In this document: positions 13,882 to 28,513 of the stretch, piece after piece
Layout of the letters: each line of letters begins with the position of its first letter
How positions within the stretch are numbered: position 1 is the stretch's first letter
Source: Octopus sinensis
Taxonomy: Eukaryota
DNA length: 64,000 bases
Assembly (NCBI RefSeq): GCF_006345805.1
Contig: NC_043020.1
Span: forward strand, 4,464,001 to 4,528,000
Reading direction: 5' to 3'
Notes under the pieces: model-generated
Told to the model about the DNA's origin: nothing
Databases searched by the model: none
Seen by the model: only the letters and a program-made list of their open reading frames with translations
Position numbers and translations under genes: made by a program

Positions 13882-16800
13882 GCTCAAAATCACCATTGAT
13901 CCAGAAGATCTATGATCAAAGATGTCACAGCTGTAACCCTCATCATCATCATCATTTAACAAGTTGTCTTACATGCATTAAGCTGTTGGACAAGGAGCCA
14001 ACAAAGCAGAAAACTTAGCTACTGTCAGAGGACATCATCGTACTCCAATGTCTATTTTGGTATAGTTTCAATGGCTAGATACCCTTCCTAACACCAATCA
14101 CTTTACAGTGTGTAGTTGGTGCTTTTTGCATGGCACATGCCTTGTGTTTGCAAAAGTAAATGGATCCCTTAATTGATTGGGAACATAGAGAGGGAGGCAG
14201 TTGTATGTTAGGTCTTGAGAGGTTAAAGTATGACAAAAGGGACAGGGCTCTTATTGTAGAAGAGATAGATACATTACTACCTTACATTATATATTGATGG
14301 TTTTAGACATTCTTTTATCTTTGTTTACATTTTTCTTTATAGACAGTAAGGTGTGATTTGAAGAAAATTTGGTTGCTATTTTTAGCAGGCCAGGTAGTTG
14401 TTTAGAATCCTTCTTGTCTTGTGAATGCTTTTACTCTGTAGAATATCAAAGAACATTCGAACCATGACTATCTTCTATTGATGCATAAGTTTATCTAAGC
14501 AAATGTATCTTCCTTTCTTCAAGATAGTAGGGTGTGATGTGAAGGAAATTTGACTGCCTTTTCTAGCATGTTGATTGATTGTGTTACTGAATTTTATTGG
14601 CAACACTATGCCGATCTTTTAATATGTCACCATCTCCTGTTTCTTTCTCATCTCTAAATGTACCATTCTACATCATTTTCTTTCCATCTCTCTTTACCAC
14701 TGAATGTCTCTTCTTCTACCCTCCTATATGTTTCTCTAATTCACCTCTCTCCCTTTTTCTCTCTCTATATATACAGGATGAAGATGAAGCTGGTGTCCTA
14801 GAACAAGTGAAATCCCAAATTTGTGACAATGTAACTCTTTATGCTCAAAAGTATGATGAAGAATTCGGTCCTCATCTTCCAGACTTTGTGACTGCTATCT
14901 GGAACCTTCTGGTCACTACAGGACAACAAGTCAAGTATGACCTTGTTAGTATTTATACTATTCTTTTATTCTTTTATTTGATTGCGACCATGCTGGAGCA
15001 CTGCCTCGAAAGGTTTTAGTCAAACAAATCAACCCCAGGACTTACTTTTTAAGCCTAGTACTTATTCTATCAGTCTTTTTTTGCCAACTGCTAGCTTACA
15101 GGAACGTAAACACCAACACCAGTTGTCAAGTGCTGACGGTGGGGGGATACAGACATACACACACACACATAAATATATATGACAGGCTTCTTTCAGTGTC
15201 TGTCTACCAAATCTGCTCATAGGGCTTTGGTTAGCAGTGGGACAGAAACTGGAGCCATGTGGTTAGAAAGCAAGCTTCTTACCACACAGCCATGTCTGTG
15301 CCTATGTACATTATAAAAAAATGTTCACTTTCCTCCACTTTTTCTGCTTCCTACAGTTGTTATTGTAGTTGGTTTCATGAAAAAATAAAACTCTATCTCA
15401 GAAAGAGAAGTAGAACTGAAGAAGTAGTAGGAAGTCGATCCTTGAGTACAACTTAGTTTAGGGTACCTCTCACTTCAACTCCTCCATTTATGTTAGACTT
15501 CATTATATATTTCTTATATTGATTAAAAGCATCCTGTTAAAATTTTTATTTAAAGGTTACATCTATGTTGTTAATTTTTATATCATTTAAGAAGTACAAA
15601 TAATTAAACACAAGACACAATTCGCAAAAATAAAGAAGAAATAGTTTTTATCAAACAGTGTAAAGGTAAAAGGATATAGCAAAGAAATTATACTAAAAAT
15701 ATACAATAAAAGAAAATCAAGCACACTTTTGATTTGCTGTTCAAAATCTAAAGTACGTCAAATTTATAATTAAAAGACCATATACTTAAAACAGTGTAAA
15801 TAGATTACCATTTTAAAAGAAATTAACTCGATTTCGATACATAATAGGGCTTTTTTGAGATTATCAAGATTAAAGCATATTGGAATAAAAAGGAAAAGAA
15901 GATAATATTAAAATGAAAGATTACATTATTAAATAGAATGAAAATTATATTTTGTAAGAGATTGAAAATTTATTCCTAAAAAATTTAAATTAAAAAAGTA
16001 AATGTGGTATTTATAGAATTAGGGTTAAACCAAAATCTGAAATGGGACAAAGTGGTGTGGACTCCCCTTCCTTGCCCTCACTGCCCTGTTCACTGTATCA
16101 CTGCTCCTCTCACCCCCAACACCCACACCAACACTCTATTTTTCTACCCAGGTTCTATGCTCATATTCTTGTTACTTGTGAGTATACCCTAGCACTACAC
16201 CATCTCTCTTCTGCTCTCTCTTACACACTTTTGCTGTTTCCTGCTCTCTCTTTCTTTTTCCCTTTGGTCAGTCTCTCTCTCCTCTTGTTTCTCCTCTGAC
16301 TAGGTAACCAAGTGTCTCCTTTACATCAGCACACTTGTTTCTGGCCTCTTTCTTGTACCTCTCTCTCTCTCTCCCCCTCTCCCTCCTCTATAGCTTTTTT
16401 CTGACTCTCCATTTCTCTGTTTCACTCTAACCTTTCATCATCTGATACTGGATCACCTCCTCTACTACCTACTCTGTTGTGGCAAGACACTTGCTTGTCC
16501 CTCTGTCTGTTTGTCACACTCTAATCTGTCATCCTCTGACACAAGTTCCCCTTCTCATAATTTTTTGCAATGAGAGTTACTTGGTTATCCTACCAGTGCT
16601 GGTGCCACATAATGTCCACCCTGTAATATGGCTGGCATTTGGAAGGGCATCCAGCTGTAAAAATCATGCCAAAACTAACCTCACCTGTGCTAGTGCCATG
16701 TAAAAAGCACTGAGTCCACTGTGGAGTGGTTGGTGTTAGAAAAGGCATCCAGCCGTAAAATCTCTGCCAAAACAGACAGTAGCCTAGTGTAGTTTTTCTA

Positions 16801-19800
16801 CCTGGCTGGCTCCTGTCAACTGTCCTACCCATACATGCATAGAAGATGGACATTAAATGAAAATGATGATTATACTGAAACTCAAAGTTTATCTGTCTGT
16901 TTTCCTGCCATTTGTTTAAGATGATACAGATTACAAATGAAATAGTCATTTCCCCCTTCAAAAAAAAAGTTGAAAATGTCAACTCTTCAAAGAATAGTGT
17001 CAGCTGTCGCTGTCCATCCTTTTTTCTTTCTTTTTCCTTCCCTTAATCACTGACAATTTTTGGAGTGCTGTGGACTTGAAAGTAGAAATTCTCTATATTT
17101 TTATGAGATATTTTTGAATCACAGGTACTTGATTCTTTTTTTTTTTCATTCTTAAAGGAGAAAATTACTGTTTTAAACAGACAGAGATCAGTTCCAATGG
17201 GAGGAGTTGAATCTCATAAGAATGGAAAAACAAACAACAACAAATGAGTTGTACCTCATAATGAGACTCTTTTAAGAACATTCAAATGCCACTACAATGT
17301 TGAAATTGTTACCCTCAGCGAGGACAATTATGTATGTCATCAAGTACACACTGAAAGGAAATGACGAAGCTGCTGTTCAAATAAACCTCATCATTGTTTA
17401 ACTTCCGCTTTCCATGCTAGCATGGGTTGGACAGTTCACCTGGGGTCTGGGAAGCCAGAAGGCTGCGCCAGGCCCAGTCGGATCTGGCAGTGTTTCTACA
17501 GCTGGATGCCCTTCCTAATGCCAACCACTCCGTGAGTGTAGTGGGTGCTTTTTACGTGCCACCTGCACAGGTGCCAGACGAGTCTGGCAAACAGCCGCGA
17601 TCGGATAGTGCTTTTTACGTGGGGCTAGACGAGGCTGGCAACGGCCACAATTGGATGGTGCTTTTTACGTGCCACCGGCACGGAGGCCAGTCGGGGCGGT
17701 GCTGACAATGGCCATGTTCAGATGGTTCTCTTACATGCCACCAGCACTGGTATCACAGCTACAATTTCCATTGATGTTGATCGATTTTGATTTTCAGTTG
17801 CCTCAACAGGTCTTCACAAGTAGAGTTTGTGTCACAAGAAGGAAAGGTATGCATAAGTGGACTGGCTACATCCCAGGTAGAGGCCACAGATTATGGTCTC
17901 ACTTGTCCTGCCAGGTCTTCCCACGCACAGCATACTTCCAAAGGTCTCGGTCTGACCTAAAGTTCGAAGGTCGTGCTTCACCACCTCGTCCCAGGTTTTC
18001 CTGGGTCTGTCTCTTCCACAGGTTCCTTCAACTGCTAGGGTGTGGCAGTTTTTCACACAACTATCTTCATCCATTCTCGCTACATGACCATACCAGCGCA
18101 AACGTCTCTCTTGCACACCACAACTGATGCTTCTTAGGTCCAACTTTTCTCTCCAGGTACTTACACTCTGTCGAGTATGAACACTGACATTACACAGTGA
18201 TAACAAAATCATTCAATATCTAACAGGTAGGTATATAGCACCATCCGTAGCAGTTGCATCTATTTTAGGATTTTCAATTCCTAGAAGAGCACCTGCAATA
18301 GTGAGACTGCAAATTCATCTGTCAGATGAACAAAGGATGTTGCTCTGAAATTATGAGGATATAATATATGGCTGTCAATGAATGGCCTTTGAGAACAACA
18401 TTGGCAGAATTCTTTTCATTGTGCATCAATGATGACTTTGCAAAAATATTATTTTATGCGGAAGTAATCATGTATTAGGTCATCAAGTATAAAATTTGTT
18501 GTGAGGTATGTGGTAAACTTTGACAGCTGCTCATTTTGCGCCATTATGATATTTTGACAATCTTTATTTTTTGTTAGAAGGCTGACATATCTGTTTCTTT
18601 ATTCTAACTCATTTTGCACTTTATAAAGTATCTATAAATCGTTTTTTGCTTTTTTTGTTTAAAGATGGCTAGGTCAGAAATTTGTGCAGTTTTGAAATAG
18701 TTCTTTCTTAGAAATACAGTATCACAGATAGCTCGGAATATTAATGGAGTATTTCATTCTAATGTTATTACAAAGTAGACAGTTTCAAATTGGTTTGTAC
18801 AAATTTTGTTCTGGTAACTTTGACCACACAAATGAGCAACGAGGTCGACCAGAAACAAAGGTGGATAATGGCAAACTGAAAACCACTGAGTCAGATCCAT
18901 CTCAAAGTGCTCGTGAATTATTGTTGTTCTTTGGTGTTAGCAAGCAAACAATATTGACTTGCGTCATTTAAATCGGTAAAGTGAAAAAGTTGGATATGTA
19001 GATTCCACATGAACTCAATGAAAATCAGAAACAGCAATGTTTGGAAGCCTGCATTATGTTACTTTCTCATCACAAAAATGAATCATTTCTCAATCGAATT
19101 GTAATATGTGATGAGAATGGATCAAATACAACAACCGTAAACGTTCAGCACAATGGTTGGACAAAGACAAGCCACCAAAACACAGTCCACAAAGCAAAAT
19201 TCATCGAAAGAAGCTAATGGTACATGTTTGGTGGTCTGGTGCAGGTGTGATCCATTATGATTTCATTTAACCTAGCTCATCAGTCATGGCCAAAGTATAC
19301 TGCAACCAGCTGGACCAAATGATGCAGAAACTTACAAAACAACAGCCTAGATTAGTCAACTGATCCACCTCTATTTTATTGCAAGACAACACCAGACCAC
19401 AAATCGCAAAAATGACATTGTCGAAACTACAGGAGTTGGAGTTGGAAATTCTCCATCATCCACCATACTCACTTGATCTTGCCCCCACTGACTACCACTT
19501 CTTCCAGAATTTGGATAACTTTTTGATAGGAAAAAAATTTAATTCCGATGGTGCTATAAAACAGGCCTTCCAAGATTTTATTGACTCTAGATTGCCAGGC
19601 TTTTACAGTTCCAGGCTGGACAAGCTACTGCTGAAATGGCAAAAGTGTATTGACAATATGGGTGCATACTTTGATGAATAAAACTATTCCTTGTATTTGT
19701 AAAACATTAGCAAACTTTTTTCTTTTCTACAAATTTCATACTTGATGACCTAATATTTCACTTGAAACAATAATAACAAAGAATGGAAGAGAAGAAAGCG

Positions 19801-22800
19801 AGGAAAAAAAGTTGAAGGCCATTTGAATGTTTCCAAAGAAGAAAAACTTGGTTATCTTTATGTTGTCACACCAAAGGCGGGAGTACTGTATTATTTAAGA
19901 ATTTTGTTGCATGAAGTTCGAAATAGTATTTTATTCTTTACTGCTGCACATCGACATTTTCAACTTGGGGTGGTTGTGATTCAACGGGTCAGGGTGGGTA
20001 CATCTAGTATTACTACTACCAGATCTTCCTTCATATGAGACCTTAAATGTGGTTAATTGTTTTCAAATTAGTTTTTTTTTACATGTTTCAGTCAATGGAC
20101 TGCAGCTATGTAGGGACACCACCATTAAGGTTTTTTTAGTCAATAAAATTGACTCCAAAACTATTCGAATTATGGTAGATTGGATAAAGGCTTGATAGTA
20201 AGGCATTATATTACTGGCAGTTGCCCTTCCTATTGCAAATCCTTACCTGTTTTTCTTATCCCCTTACCTTGAGTGTATGCTCTGGCACATCACCACCATC
20301 TCTCTCTCATCCTTTCTATCTCTTTCTCTTTGACTGGAATAACCATGTATCTCCTCCACAGCAAGATACCTGTTTCGGTTCTTCTGTCAAGCTCTGACCC
20401 TTCGTCACCTGGCACAACCCTCCCACTCAAAAGATCTTTGTCTTATGAGTTACTTTGTGACCCCCCCAACCAATGCTGGTGCCACATAAAAAGAATCCAG
20501 TCCACACTGTAAAGTGGTTGACGTTTGGAAGGACATCTGGCTGTAAAAACCATGCTAAAACAGACGACTGAAGCCTGGTGCAGTCTTTTGGCTTACCAGC
20601 TCTGGTCAAACCGTCCAACCCACACCAGCATGGAAACTGGACATTAAATGATGCTGCTGCTGATGATGATGTAGGATATGTGTGCCCTTTGATGTTATGA
20701 CTAAAACAAACTGAGCTCATATACTTACGCAAATGACAGGCTTCCAAATAGTTTCCATCTACCAATTTTACTCACTAGGCATTGATCTGCCAAAAGAAAT
20801 GTAGAAGTTTTAGAAGACTACCATTCTTTGAACCTATGAACACACAGTTGTAAATCAAACTTGTTAACCCCACAGCAATTTCTTGCTCTTTTCATTCTCA
20901 ACTTGTCGTTTGTGTATATCTTAATATCATTTTATCTTTCTGTCTCTTTCAATCACTCATTAATTTACAATATTCTTAGTATATTCTATTTAAATTTTCT
21001 AACTGTTGCAGTTGGTTAGCAATGCTATCCAGTTTTTGGCATCAGTAGCAGAAAGACCAAGTTACAAGAAACTGTTTGAAGAGAGTAACACCCTTGGGAG
21101 TATTTGTGAGAAAGTCATTGTTCCTAACATGCAGTTCCGCAGTGAGTTTTTCCCTCTCCTTTTATTTTATTTATTTTTGTTTTCTGTTATGTTGTTGTTG
21201 CTTTTGCAGTGGAAAAGAATGGAGTAAGATTGATTGCCCACCAGTTTTAACTGTATAAAGATATGACAACCTCTCAAGTGCTGATGCCTTGACAAAATGC
21301 ATGCAGTCCACACTCTGTAAAGTGGTTGTTGATAAGAAAGGCATCCATCTATAAAAACTAGCACAAAAATGAAATGTACAAGTGAGGTTTGATCCTCCGA
21401 TCTGAATAAAAACAGACTTGGATGTTGGTGATCCTTTCAGCCCACAACAGTATGTAAAATAATAATGGTAGTGGTGGCAATGATGAATCACAAGTTTGTT
21501 CTGCTCAAGCAAAGCATTCCAGCCATGATCTCTGTCTTTTTTCATGCAGTAAACCAACATTATCCAATATTTTACCTTTAAGACAGTAGGACTTGATTTG
21601 AGCATGGGTTGGCTCCTGTTTCTAGCAGGTTGAATGATCATTGGATTCTCTCACGGTTTATCTCCAGGTCACAGTCCAGATTCTATTGACTTATGATTAA
21701 AGGTGTTCCAGCTATGACCTGAAGTCCAGTAACTGAAAGCAATAAGATTACAACTCATGTTTCTAGGATTATAGTAACTAAAGTACCTTTCCTCTTTTTA
21801 AGACAGTAGGATGTGATTAAAGAGATTTGGTTAGTGTTTCTTGCAGATTGAATAACTGTGTAGAGCAAAGACTAGTATGAGGCCTTCTGAAGAAATATGT
21901 GGGGATTTTTGAATTTGAGAGAAAATCTTTGCCCACCTTGATGAAATTGAGTTCTGGAAGTGGTGTGTGTGTGGTGAACAGTACCAGAATTTTCGATTAG
22001 TGTCAAATAGAAACAAATCATTGTTAGATATCCACATAATTGGTATCAAGATTAGCTACTTTGTACTGGTGTTGAGTCATATTAAATGTAATCATCAACA
22101 CAATCAACATTTAACATCCGTTTCCATGCTGGCATGGGTTGAATAGCTTGACAAGAACTAGCATGGCCAGGGGCTACACCAAGTTCCATAGTCTAAAAAG
22201 CTACAGTAACACCCCCCTCCTTTGTGGTTAGCCATATTGAGATGGCTTTTATACTTTACATTTTAGAAATTATTTTTGTTAAAAAAGATGTACAAAACAT
22301 AAACATTCATACTGGAAGTTGACTCATTTAAAGTCAACTGGTTTTTACAGAAAAATAAGGGCTTAAATATAATGAAGTTGACTTTTATTTGTGCTGGAAG
22401 GTATAATGATTACATTTTCTGTATAAATTTACTAAAACCATTAAATGGTTTACAACTTTTTGAAGTCTGACGTACATGCTGGTAATCACGGTCCAGGCCA
22501 TATTTTACATATTTTACTTGGTAGAGTAAAGTGTCATCCAAGCTGATGTTTATTGGTAATTAAACTTAATTTTGCAACACCTGTACTTATTTATCAGCTT
22601 TGTTTTTATTGATAATTCTTATCAGTAACTTTTCCTGTGATCATGGTTTGAGAAGATATACAGCAATATGCTAAAGATAGGACATAATCTCTTGTGGGCA
22701 AGAAATGTAAAATAAGGTTTATTACAGAGAATGGACAGAGATTTAAGGACATGTTACTTGAAGCTTTGACGAAGTAGAAGGGGATAGAATATCACATGGG

Positions 22801-25800
22801 GTAGAAGGTAACTGGACGTTTCTAAGGGACAACCTGCCGAGAGCCACTGACCAGATCTGTGGCTGGTGCAAAGTCCTCTCTCGTCCCAAAGTAACGTGGT
22901 GGTGGAACAATGTTGTAGACAGGGCTATTAGAGAAAAGAGACAGGCTTGGAAGGACTGGAAGAATGGTGGTAGCAGGGTATTGTATCAGACTGCCAAAAG
23001 GGAAGCTAGGAGACAGGTCTATCTAGCCAGAGGGGAAACAGATAAGAAAAAAATTGCCAATGTTCTGCGCCGTGAGGACCAAAGACTGGAGGTATTTCGT
23101 GTTGCAAGACTGTGTGTGAGAGAGAATTGTGATGTGGTAGGAGAGAAATGTGTTCGCATGGAAGATGGTACACTTGCGCTAAATGAGGATACAAAGAGAG
23201 AGGTTTGGAGACGCCACTATGAAAGGTTGCTGAATAAAGAAAATGAATGGGATAAAGAGAGTCTGCTGAATGTCTACCCAACAGAGGGACCAGCTATCCG
23301 AGTTGACAGTTCCTTGGTAGTTAAGGCAATTAGAAGCATGAAGACAGGGAAAGCCCTGGGCCCATCAGGAATCACTGCAGAGATGCTCAAAATATCTGGT
23401 AGTGTTGGCTATAGCCTAGTCACCCGTATAGTTAATCAGGTGATACACGAAGGAGTCATACCCAATGACTGGTGTAGCAGCATAATAGTCAACTGCTACA
23501 AAGGTAAAGGTGACGCCCTAGATTCAAATAATTACAGAGGTATCAAGCTGTTGAATCGGATAATGTAGGTTACGGAGAGGGTCATACCCAACTAATTAGA
23601 GAGAGGGTTAGTTTAGATGAGATGCAGTTTGGGTTCGTGCCAGGGAAAAGTACCACTGATGCTATATTCCTGGTAAGGCAGCTGCAGGAGAAATACCTAG
23701 CCTAAGATAAGCCCCCGTACCTGGCTTTTGTTGACATGGAGAAAGCCTTCGACAGGGTCCCCCGATCACTTATCTGGTGGTCAATGAGGAAACTAGGGAT
23801 AGATGAATGGTTAGTGAGAGCTGTGTGAGCCATGTACAGGGACGCTGCTAGTAAGGTGAGGGTTGGCAACGAGTACAGTGAAGAATTCCGGGTAGGGGTA
23901 GGGGTCCACCAAGGCTCAGTCCTCAGCCCTATCCTATTTATCATAGTCCTCCAGGCAATAACGGAGGAATTCAAAACAGGATGCCCCTGGGAGCTCCTCG
24001 ATGCTGATGACCTTGCTCTAATTGCTGAGTCACTATCAGAACTGGAGGAGAAGTTTCAGGTGTTGAAGCAAGGATTAGAATCGAAGGGACTTAGAGTCAT
24101 TCTAGCTAAAACCAAAGTCCTAATAAGTAGGAACGTAGACAAATCACAAACGCCTTCAGGTAGATGGCCCTGCTCGATCTGTAGAAAAGGTGTAGGTAGA
24201 AACTCTATAAGATGCACCAAGTGTAAGCTATGGACACATAAGAGGTGCAGCAATGTCAAAGGAAGGCTAACTAGGAAGATAGTTTTCGTATGTGGCAGAT
24301 GCTCAGGAGCAATAAACACTGAAAATGCTCTGAGACCAACTTCTGCCACATTCCAGGGAGAAAAACTGGAAATAGTTGATAGCTTCCGTTACCTAGGTGA
24401 CCAAGTCAGTAGCGGGGGTGGGTGTGCTGAAAGTGTAACTGCTAGAGTAAGAATAGCTTGGGCAAAGTTCAGAGAGCTCTTACCTCTGCTGGTGACAAAA
24501 GGCCTCTTGCTCAGAGTAAAAGGCAGACTGTATGACGCGTGTGTACGAACAGCCATACTACATGGCAGTGAAACATGGGCCGTGACTGCTGAGGATATGC
24601 GTAAGCTCGTAAGAAATTAAGCCAGTATGCTCCGATGGATCTGCAATGTCAGTGTTCATACTTGACAGAGTGTAAGTACCTTGAGAGAAAAGCTGGACCT
24701 AAGAAGCATCAGTTGTGGTGTGCAAGAGAGACGTTTGCGCTGGTATGGTCATGTGGCAAGAATGGATGAAGATAGTTGTGTGAAAAAGTGCCACACCCTA
24801 GCGGTTGAGGGAACCTGTGGAAGAGACAGACCCAGGAAAACCTGGGACGAGGTGGTGAAGCATGACCTTCAAACTTTAGGTCTCACTGAGGAAATGACTA
24901 GAGACCGAGACCTTTGGAAGTATGCTGTGTGTGAGAAGACACGCCAGGACAAGTGAGACCATAACCCGTGGCATCTACACGGGATGTAGCCAGTCCACTT
25001 ATGCATACCGTTCCTTCTTGGGACACAAAACTCTACTTGTGAAGACTTGTTGAGGCAAGTGAGAATTGAAATCGATCAACATCAATCGAAATTGCAGCTG
25101 TGATACTAGTGCCAGTGGCATGTAAAAGAACCATCTGAACATGGCCGTTGCCAGCGCTGGCACGTAAAAGGCACCATCTGTTTGTGGCCGTTGCCGGACT
25201 CGTCTGTCACGTAAAAAGCACCCACTACACTCACGGAGTGGTTGGCGTTAGGAAGGGCATCCAGCCGTAGAAACATTGCCAGATCAGACTGGGCCTGGTG
25301 CAGCCTTCTGGCTTCCCAGACCCCAGTTGAACCGTCCAACCCATGCTAGCATGGAAAGCGGACGCTAAACGATGATGATGATGATGATGAAGATTATCAA
25401 CCATCTTTTCAACAACAACATAGGGCACCTTTCTGAATTCCATATAACAAAAACTTGCAGATATGCTTATAAAATCAAAAAGCAACACTGCACCCATGAC
25501 TTTCAGAGACTTTTTTCTATGCTCAGAATTGCTGAGGCATGGAATAAACTACTCCCATCAGTTGCTAGCTGTCGAGACACTACTTCCTTCAAAACTTCCA
25601 TACTTCCTGAAATCCGCCAACAGTACACCTGATGGCTTTTTTTTTTTTAAGTTGTAGTACACCTGAGCACCATATACAACAATTTCCTTCATTATATCAT
25701 ATATACATGCTCACAATTTGTTAAATAATACTTTGGTTATTTCCGGTTATGCGGAGACACACAAACAACCAGTCTTATACAGGTACGTGCATGTGTGCAC

Positions 25801-28482
25801 GCACAAACACGCAGCCTCATACAGTTACATGCATGCAAACACACACAATAAATTTTTCATTTTTTTGTTTTTATTATTGGAATGTTAAAGTTGAGGGAAG
25901 AGGAGGGTATGCCAGGTAGCTAAAGCAGACTGCTATTGTCAGTCTCATAAAGGAGGAGAAGGAGGGTATACCGAGCGAGTAAAATGGATGGACATGTGTC
26001 AGTCCCACAAAACTGATTTTATTTATATAGACAACACAAACACTTTGTAATATAATAGCTTTCAATGTGATACCAGTTAAACAGAAATTATTTTTATTTA
26101 ATGAAAATTTAATAAAATCTAATTATAAGTGAGTGAAATTATGCTAAATACACCTAGATTGAAAACCTCTTTCCCCTGGCCTTATCAGCAATTCTGAAAA
26201 CTTTTGGGTGTGAATTTTACATGAGTAGAAGCTTTTTTTAACAACTTTTATCCTGAAAATCACCTGCATAAATTACATAGGTGTGCAAATTACATGGGTT
26301 ATTACGGTATACATATAACAAAGTTTTCAATTTTCATCTAACAGTTCCACTCACAAAGCATTATTCACCCTAGGATTATGTCATAAATGACATTTGCTTA
26401 AGATTCCAAAGCTGGAACCATGTGGTTGAGAAGCAAAATTTGATTTTTAACATATTGTTAGAATAAAATTCTATGAATAATTTTGTAAATAACCTTATTT
26501 TTAATGGTCTAAGTTTCGAATATGCCTCGGCTGTTTGTTTTTATCCTCTCTATTGATAAATAAGTATCCTCAGTAAAGTACTGAGATCCATTTAATAAAT
26601 TGTTCCCTTCTTTACTACCAAAGTTTGTGATAATTGGATTGGCAGAATTATTACACCAACAGATAAAATGCCTTTTGGTATTTAGTTATAACGTATTATG
26701 TTCCAAGTTCAAATCTCGTTGATTTCAACTTTACTTTTCATCACCTCCAGGGTCAATAAAATAAAGTACCAGTCAACTACTGAGGTCAATATAATTGATT
26801 TACCCTTTTCTTCCAAATTTCAGGCTTTTTTCTTCATTTTTGTAAGTTATTATTATCGAGACTAGATATCAGTATGTCAGTATGTTTATTAAAATTTTTT
26901 GCTTCTATTTACCTTCTACCAATATCTTACTAGCGGCTGATGAAGAGTTATTTGAAGACAACCCAGACGAGTACATTCGTCGAGATATTGAAGGATCAGG
27001 TGAGTGCTTTTCATTATATCAACTCCTTGTAATCACAATATTGTTGTACTTCATGTCATATTTTGGAGCTGCTTTGGTGTACTCTTGTGAAATTATGATG
27101 TATTGTTTTTTTATTTTATTGGCATTACATTCACCTCCTTGTATATTGAGGGTACCTCCTCTACAACAGCCTGCTTCTGTAACCTGCATTGCAATTTAAT
27201 CTTTCATCACCTGACACAAAACCATCTCCCTTAGTATCAAACTTCCTCTTAGTTGAGGGTTTTTGTCTAACTCTAGTCCAAATTACAAGGTGACCATGCC
27301 AGTGCTGATATCATTTAAAAAGCACCCAGTACACCCAATAAAGTGGTTGGTGTCAGGAAAGGCTTCAAGTTGTAGAAATCATGGCCAAACTGATTTACCT
27401 ACTCCTGTCAAACTGTCCAACCCATGCCAACATGGAAAATGGACGTTTTGGCATTGCTATACTGCCATATCATATTACTGTACTCTCATATTACACTTCT
27501 GCATCATTGAATACTCCCATATTAGTTCAGAGTTCTATTTCTGCATCATTGTGTCCATGACTACAGTACTCTGTTCCTCTTGTTCCTGGTGTCATGCCAT
27601 AATATTCTCATTGTGCTATTGTACTCTACTCTTTTGTTAATGTTCCTACTGTCATTATTGTACTCTTGTATTTCATGTCCCTCTATGCAGAGTCATATCA
27701 ATGTACTTTGTTTATCCTTGTGTGATTTCTTGCACTCAAACAAGAGCAGGTGCCAGTCGTTCAGTGAATTGATGGTATCTATTGCTCCTCATTAACAACT
27801 TACTGAACTGAAATCATTGAGCATAAGTGGTTTCTACATGTCCTAAGCCAGTAGGAGGCTCCTTTATGTGGACTCTCAGCATGCTAGAAGTAGCAACTGA
27901 ATTTGCTTGTACAAGACATGTAGGTGGTAGAGTTTGTGGAGCTGGTGGATTTTATTGAAACATTGGTAGTTATAGAGGTGGTGGTGGTGGGGAATGAATA
28001 AGTGATGTTTGAGGTTGTAGGAATGTTGTGGGGGATAGAGGTGAGGAGGATGTAGAGGGGTGATGCAGCAAAAAAAGTTGTAAACATGTGAAGATGCTTA
28101 AATGGTAGCTGAATATTTTTTTTTCCTTTCATCACCGTTTTTGTTCATTTGGTAGATATTGATACACGGCGCCGTGCTGCTTGTGATCTGGTGCAGGCTT
28201 TGTGTAAGATCTTTGAAGAACCAGTCATTCAAAACTTCTCCCAATACATCCAAGCTTTACTTCAGGTTTGTTGTTGCTGTTGGTATTATATATTTATTTA
28301 TGAATGTCCCCAGTTCATTTCTCTCTTTTTTTTTTTATATATATATTCCTATATTTCAATTTTGTATTTAGCTTATAACAATCATTTTTTTAGTTGGTTG
28401 GGAGTATCATCTTCAGTCAATAGTAGCATGTTTGTCTAGTGGTGATGTAATATCTTCAGTTATATACACACACATACACACA

Positions 28483-28513
<31 letters not shown>

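Larger units (their letters stand above)
17230..20007 (+). mobile_element. Degenerate Helitron Rep/Hel fragment hosting nested RTE and mariner insertions
   Basis: Collinear motifs [39 protein letters not shown]...[29 protein letters not shown] and [20 protein letters not shown]; possible CTAG end at 20004-20007. Confidence 0.75.

Noticed and set aside
15444-15486. Hammerhead-like spacing on the minus strand (gag-TTGAAGT...TAAA...TA-ctc)
   Set aside because: Three core positions differ from consensus; cannot be distinguished from chance.
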